Both the position numbers and the translations under genes were made by a program. From NCBI RefSeq assembly GCF_009914755.1, contig NC_060927.1: 64,000 nucleotides of DNA, one strand, 5' to 3'. The notes under the pieces are model-generated. The model saw only the letters and a list, made by a program, of their open reading frames with translations. It ran no database searches and had not been told where the DNA came from. Origin of the DNA: the human T2T-CHM13v2.0 reference genome, Homo sapiens. How positions within the stretch are numbered: position 1 is the first letter of the stretch; every line of letters begins with the position of its first letter. Below, piece after piece: positions 53,301 to 64,000 of the stretch.

Positions 53301-56300
53301 TGAGATTGTACCACTGCACTCCAGCGTGGGTGACAGAGTGAAATCCTGTTGAAAGAAAGGAATGGAATGGGAAGGAGTGGAATGGAATGGAAGGGAATGG
53401 AATGGAGTGCAGTGGAGTGGAGTGGAGTGGAGTGGAGTGCAGTATAGTGGAATGCAATGGGATGGAATGGAATGGAGTGGAGTGGAGTGGATTGGAGTGA
53501 AGCAGAGTGGAATGGAATGGAATGGAATGGAATGGAATAGAATGGAATGGAATGGAATGGATTGGAATAGAATGGAATGGAAAGCAGTGGCATGGAGTGG
53601 AATGGAGTGAAGTGGAGTGGAGTGGAGTGGAATTGAATGGAGTGTAGCGGAGTGGAGTGGAGTGGAATTGAATGGAGTGGAAAGGAATGGAATGGAGTGT
53701 AGCGGAGTGGAGAGGAGTGAAGTGGAATGGAATGGAGTGGGATGGAATCGATTGGAATGAAGTGGAGTTTAGTGGAGAGGAGTGGTGGGAAGTGTAGTGG
53801 AGTAGAATGAAATTGGATGGAATTGAATGGATTGGAGTGGAGTGACGTGGAGAGGAGTGGAGAAGAGTGGAGTGGAATGGCATGCAATGAAATGGAATAG
53901 AGTGCAGTGGAGTGGAGTGGAGTGGAATGGAATGTAGTGGAAATGGATTGAACGGAATGGAAAGGAATGGAATAGAATATAATGGAATGGTGAAATGAAA
54001 TATCAGCTGAGATTGTTCCACTGCACTCCAACATGTGTGACAGAGTGAAATCCTGTTGAAAGAAAGGAATGGAATGGAAAGGAGTGGAATGAATGAAACG
54101 GAATTGAGTGGAGTGGAGAGAAGTGGAGTACATTGGAGTACATTGGAATGAAATGGGATAGAATGGAATGGAGTGAAGTGAAGTGGAGTGGAGTGGAGTG
54201 GAATGGAATGGAATGGAATGCAGAGGAGTGGAGTTCACTGGAGTGGAATGGAACACGATGGAATGGTATTGAATGGAATGGAATGGAATGCAATGGAGTG
54301 CAATGGAATGCAATGGAATGGGATGCAATGGAATGGAATCGAATGGTGAAATTAAATGTAAGCTGAGATAGTGCCACTACATCCAGGTCTGGGTGACAGA
54401 GATCCTGTCGAAAGAAAGGAATGGAATGGAATGGAGTGAAAAGGAATGGAATGGAATGGAGTGAAATGGAATGGAATGGAATGGAGTGGAGTGTAGTGGA
54501 GTGGAATGGAGTGGAATCGAATGGGATGGAGTGGAATGGAATGGAATGGAGTGGAGTGGAGAAGAATGGAGTGAAAAGAAATGGGATGGAATGGAATGGA
54601 GTGGAGTGGAGTGGAATGGAGTGTAGTGGTGTGGAGTGGAGTTGATTAGAGTGTAGTGGAATGGACTGGAGTGGAGTGCAGTGGAATGGAGTGGAGTGGA
54701 ATGGAAGGGAATGGAATGCAATGTAATGGTGAAATGAAATGTGAGATGAGATTGTGCAATTGTATTCCAGCCTTTTTTGACACAGTGAGATCCCATCAAA
54801 AGAAAGGGATGGCATAAAGTGGAGTAGAATAGAATGGAGTGGAATGGATTGGAGTGGGCTGGATTGGAGTGGAGTGCAGTGCAGTCGAGTGGAAAGGAGT
54901 GGAATGGAATGGGATGCAATGGAATGACATGGAGTGGAGTGGAGTGGAGTGAATTGAGTGGAGTAGAGAGGAATGGAGTGGAATTAAATGGGATGGAAAG
55001 GAATGGCATGGAGTTGAGTGGAATGGAGTGTAGTGGATTGGAGTGTAGTGGAGTGGATTGGAGTGTAGTAGAGTGGAATGGAATGGAATGGAATGGAATG
55101 GAATGCAATGGAATGGAATGGAATGGTAAAATGAAATGTGAGCTGAGTTTGTGCCACTTAACGCCAGCCTGGTTGACAGAGACAGATCCTGTCAAAAGAA
55201 AGGAATGGAATGGGGTGGAGTGTAGTGTAGTGGTTTGGAGTTCAATGGAGTGCAATGGAATGGGATGGAATGGAATGGAATGGAGTGCGGTGGAGTGGAG
55301 TGGAGTGGAGTGGAGTGGAGTGGAGTGGCATGGAGTGGAATGGAATGCGATGGAATGGAATAAAGTAGAGTGGAGTTGAATGGAGTGGACTGGAGTGGAA
55401 TGTAGTGGAATGGAATGGAATGAAGTGGAGTGGAGTGCAGTGGAGAGGGGTGAAGTGGAATGGAGTGGAATGGAATGGAATGGAATGGAATGGAATGGAA
55501 TGGAATGGAATGGAATAGTGAAATGAAATGTGACCTGAGATTCTGCCACTGCACTCCAGACTGTGTGACAGAGTGAGATCCTGTCGAATGTAAGGAATGG
55601 AATGGAATAGAGTGGAATGGAAAGGAAAGGAATGGAATGGAATGGAATGGAATGGAATGGAGAGGAGCAGAGCGGAATGGAGTGGAGTGGAATTGAACGG
55701 AATTGGAAGGAATCGAATGGAACGAAGTGGAACGGAGTGGAATGTAGAGAAGGGACGAGGAGTGGAAAGGAATGGTATTGGATGAAATGGAATGGAGTGG
55801 AGTGCATTGGGGTGAAGAAGAGTGGAATGGAATGGAATGGAATGGAATGGAGTGGAATGGAATGGAGTGGAGTGGAGTAGAGTGGATTGGGGTGGAGTGT
55901 AATGGAATAGAATGGAATGGAAAGGAAAGGAATGGAATAGAATGGAATGATGAAATGAAATATGAGCTGAGATTGTGCCACTGCACTCCAGCCTGGGAGA
56001 AACAGTGAGATCCGGTCAAAGGAAAGGAATGGAATGGAAAGGAGTGGAATGGAACGGAATGGAATGGAATGGAACGGAACGGAACGGAACGGAATGGAAC
56101 GGAACGGAATGGAATGGAGTGGAGTGGAGTGGAGTGCAGTAGAGTGGAGTGCAGTATAGTGAAATTGAATGGGATGGAATGGAATGGAATGGAGCAGAGT
56201 AGTGTGGAGAGGAGTGGAATGGAATTGAAAGGAATGGAATTGAAAGGAATGGAATGGAGTGCAGTGGAGTGAAGTGGACTGGAGTGTGTAGGAGTGGAAT

Positions 56301-59300
56301 GGAATGGGATGGAATGGAACTTAAAGAAACATAATGCAATTGAATGCAATGGAATGGAATGCAATGGAAAGGAATGTGAAATGAAATGCTAGCGGATATA
56401 GTGCCACTGCACCCCAGGCTGGGTGACAGAATGAGACCTTGTCGAAAGAAAGGAATGGAATTGAATGGAGTTGAATGGAATGGAATGGAGTGGAGTGGAG
56501 TGGAGCTGAGTGGAGTGGACTGGATTTGACTGGAGTTGAGTGGAGTGCAGTGGAATGGAATGGGGTGGAGTGGAATGTAAAGGAGGGGTGAGGAGTGGTG
56601 TGGAGTGGAGTGAAGTGGAATCGAGTGGAATTCAATGGGATGGAATGGAGTGGAGTGGAGTGGAATAGATTGCAATGGAATGGAATGGAATGGAAGGGAA
56701 TGTAATTGAGTGCAGAGGAGTTCATTGGAGTGGAATGGAATGCAGTGGAATGGGAAGGGATGTAATGTAATGGAATGGAATGGAATGGAGTGGAATGGAA
56801 TGGAATGGAATCATGAAATGAAATGATAGCTGAGATTATGGCGCTTAACTCCATCCTGGGTGATGGAGTGAGATCATGTCGACAGAAAGGAATAGAACGG
56901 ATTGGAGTGGAATGGAATGGAGTAGAATGCAGTGGAGTGGAGTGGAATGGACTGGAATGGAATGGATTAGAATGCAGTGGAGTGGAGTAGAGTGGAATGG
57001 ACTGGAATGGAATGAGATGGGAAGGAGTGGAATGGGGTGGAGCAGAGTGGAGTGAAGTGGAATGCAATGGAGTGGAATGGAAAGGGATGGAATGGAATAG
57101 AGTGGAGAGGAGTGAAGTAGAGTGCAATGGAATGGAATGGAGTGGAGTGGAGTGGGGTGGAGTGGAGAGGAGTGGACTGGAATGGAATGGAATGGAATGG
57201 AATGGAGTGGAATAGAGTGGAATAGAATGGTGAAATGAAATCTGAGCTGAGATTATGCCTCTGCACTCCATCCTGGGTGACAGAGTGAGATCCTGTCGAA
57301 AGAAAGCAATGGAATGGATTGGAGTGGAATGCAATGGAATGGAATGGAACGGAAAGGAATGGAATGGAATGGAAAGGAGGGAATGGAATAGAATGGAGTG
57401 GGGTGGAGTGGAATGGAGTTGAATGGAATGGGATGTAATGAAATGGAGTGTAATGGACTGGACTGGAGTGGAATGGAGTTGAGTAGAGTGGAAGGGACTG
57501 GAATGGAATGGGATGGAATGGAATGGAATGGAGTGGAGTGGAGTGGGGTGGAAAGGAATGGGATGGAGTTGAGTGGAGTGGAGTGAAATGGAGTAGAATG
57601 GAAAGGAATGGAGTGGAGTGGAGTTGAATGGAATGGAATGGAATGAAATTGAATGCAATAATGAAATGAAACGTGAGGTGTTATTGTGCTACCGTACTCC
57701 AGCCTTGGTGACAGAGTGAGATCTTCTTGAAAGAAAGGAATTGAATGGAATGGAGTGGAATGGAATGGAATGGAATGCAGTGGATGGAGTGGAGTGGAAT
57801 AGAGTGGAACGGAATGTGATGGAGTGGAATGGAATGGAGTGGAGTGGAGTGGAATTGAGTGGAATGGAAAGGGATGGAATGGAATGGAATGGGGAGGAGT
57901 GGAGTGGAAGGGAGTTGAGTGGAGTGGGGAGGAATGGAATGGAATGGAATGGAGTGGAGTAGAGTGGCGTGGAGTGGAGTGGAGTAGAGTGGAGTATAGT
58001 GGAGTGGAGTGGAGTATAGTGGAGTGGAATGGAGTATAGTGGAATGGAGTGGAATGGAATGGAATGGAATTAAGTGGAGTGGAGTGCAGTGGAATGGAAT
58101 GGAATGGAATGGAATGGAATGGAAAGGAATTGAAAGGAATGGAATGCAGTGGAGTGGAGTGGAGTTCACAGAAGTGGAATAGAATTGAATGGAATGCAAT
58201 GGAATGGAATGCAATGCAATGGAAAGGAATGGAATGCAATGGAATGAAATGGAATGGAATGCAATGGAATGCAAAGGAATGGATGGTGAAATTTAATGTG
58301 AGCTGAGATAGTGCCACTGCACTCCAGCCAGGGTGACACAGTGAGAGTCTGTCGACAGAAAGGAATGGAATGGAAAGCAGTGAAACGAATGGAATGGAAT
58401 AGAATGGAGTGGAGGGGAGGGGAGTGGAGTGGAGTGGACTGGAGTGAAATGGAGTCGAATGGAATGGGATGGAGTGAAATGGAATGGAGTGGAGTGGACT
58501 AGAGTGAAATAGAGTGGAAAGGAATTGGATGGAATGGAATGCAATGGAATAGTGAAAAGAAATTTGAGCTGAGATTGTGCCACTGCACTCCAGCCTTTGT
58601 GAAAGAGTGAGATCCTGTGGAAAGAAAGGAATGTGATGGAATGGAGTGGAATTGTATGGAATGGAATGGAGTGAAGTGGAGTGGAGTGGAGTCGAGTGCA
58701 ATGGAGTGGAATGGAATGGGATGGAAAGGAATGGCATGGAGTGGAGTAGAGAGGAGTGGATTGGAGTGGAGTAGATTAGCATGGAGTGGAATGGAATGGG
58801 ATGGAATTGAATACCATGGAATGAGGTGGAGTGGAGTGGACTGGATGGAGTGGACTGGATTGGAGTGGAGTAGAGTGTAATGTAGTGGAGTGGAATGGAA
58901 TGGAATGGAATGGAATGCAGTGGAAAGCAATGGAATGGAATGCTATGGAATAGATTGGAATGGAATGGTGAAATGAAATGTGAGCTGAATTTGTGCCAAT
59001 GCCCGCCAGTCTGGTTGACAGGGTTACATGCTGTCAAAAGAAAGGAATGGAATGGAATGAATTGGAGTGGAGCTGAGTGGAGTGGAGTGTTGTGGAGTGG
59101 AATGGAGTGGAATGGAATGGGATGGAGTGGAATGGAATGGAGTGTATTAAGTGGAGTGGCATGGAGTGAAATGCAGTGGAATGGAATGCGATGGAATGGG
59201 ATGGAATGGAATGGAGTGGAGTGGAGTGGAATAGAGTGGAATGGAGTGGAATGTAATGGAATGGAATGGAGTGGATTGGAGTGCAGTGAAGTGGAGTGGA

Positions 59301-61718
59301 ATGGAATGGAATGGAATAGTGAAATGAAATGTAAGGTGGGATTCTGCCACTGCACTCCAGACTGGGTGACAGAGTGACATCCTGTCGAATGTGAGGAATG
59401 GAGCGGAATGGAGTGGAATGGAATGTAGTGGAGTGGAGTGGAATGGAACGGAGTGGAAAGGAATGGAACGGAATGGAGTGGAGCGGAGTGGAGAGGAGTG
59501 GAGTCGAATGGAATGGAATGGGATGGAATCGAATGGAATGAAGTGGAGGGGAGTGGAGTGGAGTGTTGTGGAGAGGAGTGGAGTGGTATGGAATTGGATG
59601 GAACTGAATGGAGTTCAGTGGAGTTGGGTGGAGAGGAATGGAGTACACTGGAGTGGAATTGAATGGAATGGAATGGAGTGGAGTTGAGTGAAGTGGAGTG
59701 GAGTGGAGTGGAATGCAATGTAGTGGAATGGAATTGAATGGAATGGAAAAGAATGGAATGGAATAGAATGGAATGATGAAATGAAATATGAGCTGAGATT
59801 GTGCCACTGCACTCCAGCAGGGTGACAGAGTGAAATCCTGTTGAAAGAAAGGAATGGAATGGAAAGGACTGGAATGCAATGGAATGGAATAGAGTGGAGT
59901 GGAGTATACTGGAAGGGAGTGGAATGGAATGGGATGGAATGGAATGGAGAGGAATACACTGGAGTGTAGTGGAGTGGAATGGAATGGAATGGAATGGAAT
60001 GGAATGGAATGCAGTGGAGTTTAGTTCACAAGAGCGGAATGGAATGGGATGGAATGGAATGGAATGCAATGGAATGGAATGCAATGGAATGGAATAAAAT
60101 GGAATGCAATGGAAGGGAATTGTGAAATTAAATGTTAGCTGAGATAGTGCCACTGCACTCCAGCCTGTGTGACAGAGTGAGATCCTGTCGAAAGAAATTA
60201 ATGGAATGTAAAGGTGTGAAGTATGATGGAATGGAAGGAAATGGAATGGAGTGGAGTGTAGTGTAGTGGAATGGAGCGTAATGGAGTGGAATGGAATGGG
60301 ATGGAGTGGAATGGAATGGAGTGGAATGGAGTGGATTGAATTGGAGTAGAGTGGAGTTGACTGGATTGAAGTGGAGTGGAATGGAATGGAATGGAATGGA
60401 ATGGAATGGAGGGGAGTGGAGGGAGGTGGAGGGGAATGGAGTGGAGTGGAATGGAATGGTGAAATAAAATGTGAGCTGAGATTGTGCCACTGTGTTCCAG
60501 CCTTTTTTGACATAGTGAGATCCCATCAAAAGAAAGGACTGGAAAGGAATGGGGTGGAATGGAATGGAGTAGAATGGAACGGAGTGGAGTGGATTGGAGT
60601 GGAGTGCATTGGAGTGGAGTGGAGTCAAGTGAAATGGAGTGAAATGGAATGGAAGGGAATGGAATGGCATGTAGTGGAGTGGGGTGGAGTGAATTTGAGT
60701 AGAGTAGGGTGGAATGGAGTGGAATGGAGTGGAATGGAATGGGATGGAAGGGAATGGCATGGAGTGGAGTGGAATTGAGTGGATTAGAGTGGAGTAGAGT
60801 GGAATGGAAAGGAACGGAATTAAATGGAATGGAATGGAATGGTATGGAATGGAATGGAATGCAATGGAATTGAATGGAATGCAATGGAATGGAATGGAAT
60901 GGAATGGAATGGAATGGAATGGAATGGAATGGAATGGTGAAATGAAATGTGAGCTCAGTTTGTGCCACTGCACGCCAGCCTGGGTGACAGAATGAGATCC
61001 TGTCGAAAGAAACGAATGGAATGGAATGGAGTGGAGTGTAGAGGTGTGGAGTGATGTGGAGTGGAATGGAGTGGAATGGAATGGGATGGATTTGAATGGA
61101 AGGAGTGTAGTGGAGTGGATTGGAGTGGAGTGGAGTGGAATGGAATGGAATGGAGTGGAATGGAATGGAATTGAATTGAATGGAATGGAATGGAATGTTG
61201 TGGAGTGTATTGGAATGGAGTGGAATGGAGTGAAATGGAGTGTAATGTAATGTAGTGGAATGGAGTGGAGTGGAGTGCAGTGGAGAAGGGTGTAGGGGAA
61301 TGGAATGGAATAGTGAAATGAAATGTGAGCTGAGATACTCCCACTGCACTCCAGACTGTGTGACAGAATGAGATCCTGTCGAATGGAATTGAATAGAGTG
61401 GAATGAAATGGAGTGCAGTGGAGTGGAGCAGAGTGGAGTGGAGTGGAGTGGAGTGGAATGGAATGGAATGGGATGGAATCAAATGGTATGAAGTGGAGGG
61501 GAATGGAGTTGAGTGGAGGGACGAGGAGTGGAATGGAATGGAATTGGATGGAATGGGATGGAGTGGAGTGGAGTGGGGTGGAGAGTAGTGGAGTAGAGTG
61601 GAATGGAATGGAATGCAATGGAATGGAGTGGAGTGGAGTAGAGTGGATTGGAGTGTAATGGAATAGAATGGAATGGATAGGAATGGAATGGTATAGAATG
61701 GAATGATGAAATGAAATA

Positions 61719-61776
61719 TGAGCTGAGATTGTGCCACTGCACTCCAGCCTGGGTGACAGAGTGAGATCCTGTCAAA
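61719..61776 (+). mobile_element. Alu SINE 3'-terminal fragment (right-monomer end), best-preserved copy; non-autonomous, amplified as satellite
   Basis: TGAGCTGAGATTGTGCCACTGCACTCCAGCCTGGGTGACAGAGTGAGA (61719-61766) versus the recalled Alu consensus TGAGCCGAGATCGCGCCACTGCACTCCAGCCTGGGCGACAGAGCGAGA gives 43/48 identity. All five differences are CpG>TpG. Followed by TCCTGTC and a short A-rich remnant. Confidence 0.93.
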
Positions 61777-64000
61777 GGAAAGGAATGGAATGGAAAGGAG
61801 TGGAATGGAATGGAATGGAATGGATTGATTGGAGTGCAGTGGAGTAGAGGTGAGTGGAGTTCACAGTAGTGCAATGGAATGGAATGGAGTGGAGTCGAGT
61901 GCAGTGGAGTGGGTTGGAATGGAATGGAGTGGAATGGAATGGGATGGAATGGAATGGAGTGGAGTGGAGTGGAGTTCACAGGAGTGCAATGGAATGGGAT
62001 GGAATGGAATTGAATGGAATGGAATGGAATACAATGGAGTGGAATGCAATGGAATGCAATCGAATGGAATTGTGAAATTAAATGTGAGCTGAGATAGTGC
62101 CACTGCACTCCAGCCTGTGTGACAGAGTGAGATCCTGTTGAAAGAAATTAGTGGAATGTAAGAGAATAAATTATACTGGAATGGAATGGATTGGAGTGGA
62201 GTGGAGAGGAATGGAGCTTAATGGAGTGGAAGGGAATGGGAAGGAGTGGAATGGAATGGAGTGGAGTGGAGTGGAGTGGAGTGGAGAGAAATGAGGTAAA
62301 ATGCAATGGGATGGACTGGAATGGAGTGGAGTGGAGTGAATTGGAATGGAGTGGATTTGACTGGATTGCAGTGGAATGAAGTGGAGTGGAATGGAATGGA
62401 ATGCAATGGAATGGAATGGAATGGAGGGGAGTGGAGTGGAGTTGAGGGGAATGGAGTGGAGTGGAATGGAGTGGAATGGAATGGAATGGAATGGAATGGA
62501 ATGGTGAAATAAAATGTGAGCTGAGATTGTGCCACTGTGTTCCAGCCTTTTTTTGACACAGTGAGAGCCCGTCAAAGGAAAGGAATGGAATGGAATATGG
62601 TGGAATGGAATGGAGTGGAGTGGATTGGAGTGGAGTGGAGTGGAGTCAAGTGGAACAGAGTGGAATGGAATAGGATGGAATCGAATGGCATGTAGTGGAG
62701 TGGGATGGAGTGAATTTCAGTGGATTAGGGTGGAATGGAGTGGAATGGAATGGGATGGAAGGGAATGGCATGGAGTGTAGTGGAGTGGACTGGAGTGGGT
62801 TAGAATGGAATTGAATGGAATGGTATGGAATGGAATGGAATGGAATGCAATGGAATGGAATGGTGAAATTGAATGTGAGCTGAGATAGTGCCACTCCACT
62901 CCAGCCTGGGTGACAGATTGAGATCCTGTCAAAAGAAAGGAATGGAATTGAATGGAGGGGAATGGAATGGGATGGAGTGGGGTGGAGTGGAGTGGAGTGG
63001 AGGGGACTGGATTTGAGTGGAGTCTAGTGGAACAGAGTGGAATGGAATGGGGTGGAGTTGAACGGAATGGAATGGAGAGGAGTGGTGTGGAGTGGAGTGG
63101 ATTGGAATTCAATGGGATGGAATGGTATGGAGTGGAGTGGAATGGAGTGGAGTGGAATGGAATGGAATGGAATGGAATGGAATTGGAATGGAATGGAATG
63201 GAATGGAATGGAGAGGAGAGGAATGGAGTGGAATGTAGTGTAATTGGAAAGGATGGAATGGAATGGAATGCCATGGAATAGAATTAGGAATAGAATGGAA
63301 TGATGTGGAATGGAATGGAGTAGAATTCAGTGGAGTGGAGTGGAATGTAATGTAATGGAATGGGATGGGATGGAGTGGAATGGAATGGAGTGGAGTGGAG
63401 TGGAGTGGAGTGGAATGGAGTGGAATGCAATGGGATGTGATGGAATGGAGTGGAGTGGAGTTGAGTGGATTGAAATCGAATGGAATGGAGTGGAGAGGAG
63501 TGTAGTGGAATGGAATGGAATGGAATGGAATAGAAGGGAATAGAATGGTGAAATGAAATGTGAGCTGAGATTGTGCCACTGCACTCCATCCTGGGTGACA
63601 AGTGAGATTCTATCGAAAGAAAGGAATGGAACGGATTAGAGTGGAATGGAATGGAGTGGGGTAGAGTGGAGTGGAGTGTAGTGGAGTAGAGTGGAATAAA
63701 GAGGAATGGAATGGGATGTAATGGAAAGGAATGCAGTGGAGTGGAGTAAAGTGGAGTGGAGCGGAGTGGAGTGGTGTGGAGTGGAGTGGAGTGGAATGGA
63801 ATGGAATGGAGTGGAATGGAATGGAATGGAATGGAATGGAATGGAATGGAATGGAATGGCACGGTGAAATGAAATGTGGGCTGAGATTGTGCCACTTCAC
63901 TACAGCCTGGGTGACGGAGTGAGTTCCTGAAGAAATAAAATAATGTAATAGAATGGATTGGAATGAAATGGAATGGAGTGTAGTGGACTGGAGTAGAGTG

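Larger units (their letters stand above)
1..64000 (+). repeat. Satellite III (HSat3)-type pentameric satellite array, (GGAAT/GGAGT)n; runs off both window ends
   Basis: Continuous 5-bp periodicity of GGAAT, GGAGT and one-substitution variants (GCAAT, GAAAT, AGAAT, GGATT, TGAAT, GTAAT, CGAAT). The G/A-rich strand is on + everywhere. Embedded Alu pieces indicate primate origin. Confidence 0.97.
43294..64000 (+). repeat. Composite satellite, subfamily B: pentamer spacers plus cassette GGTGAAATGAAATGTGAGCTGAGATTGTGCCACTGCACTCCAGCCTGGGTGACAGAGTGAGATCCTGTCGAAAGAAA
   Basis: About 51 B cassettes from 43294 to 63863 (e.g. 43294, 43621, 44098, 44515, 44994, 45182, 45384, 45606, 47129, 47371, 47798 ... 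62503, 62862, 63547, 63863), plus 2 A-type and 2 hybrid cassettes. Mean spacing about 0.38 kb. Confidence 0.92.

Noticed and set aside
61760-61776. Assigning the Alu donor to AluJ versus AluS
   Set aside because: GAGAT resembles AluS/Y while ATCCTGTC is nearer AluJ ACCCTGTC. About 55 bp is too short to decide by eye.
27297-63940. CRISPR-like look of a conserved repeat separated by spacers
   Set aside because: Repeats are 60-80 bp Alu-derived and diverged, spacers are hundreds of bp of satellite with variable length, and there are no cas genes.
43294-63940. Active Alu elements, 7SL/SRP RNA genes or many independent Alu insertions
   Set aside because: Only the last ~55 bp of Alu is present. 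There are no A/B boxes, no real poly(A) and no TSDs, and shared endpoints indicate tandem amplification.
43294-63940. Dinucleosome phasing from the ~380 bp mean cassette spacing
   Set aside because: Individual spacings range from about 190 to over 700 bp, so the mean alone does not support phasing.
1-64000. Telomeric repeats, EWSR1-FLI1 GGAA microsatellites, canonical heat-shock elements or a strand inversion
   Set aside because: There are no TTAGGG or (GGAA)n tetramer arrays. nGAAn units are head-to-tail rather than alternating inverted, so HSF1 binding known for some HSat3 arrays cannot be inferred here. No ATTCC-strand segment was seen on +.

Overview
The whole window is primate (human-like) classical Satellite III (HSat3) heterochromatic DNA, a degenerate 5-bp tandem repeat (GGAAT/GGAGT) with the purine-rich strand on + throughout and no inversion seen. 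No genes are supported: all six-frame ORFs (MEWNG.../FHSIP...) are translations of the pentamer. The array is layered. (i) 1-9.66 kb is diverged GGAAT>GGAGT. (ii) 9.66-13.19 kb is a homogeneous GGAAT island with the HSat3 CAACCCGAGT motif. (iii) 13.2-27.3 kb is GGAGT-rich diverged satellite. (iv) 27.3-64 kb is a composite satellite in which a ~55-bp fragment of the Alu 3' end is part of the repeat unit. I counted about 79 copies by eye, all on +, in two subfamilies (A at 27.3-42.9 kb, B at 43.3-64 kb). The B copies are ordered into a five-cassette ~2-kb higher-order unit nested in ~4.6-kb and ~5.8-kb periods. All counts and spacings were read manually and are approximate. Chromosome, species and novelty cannot be established from the sequence alone.
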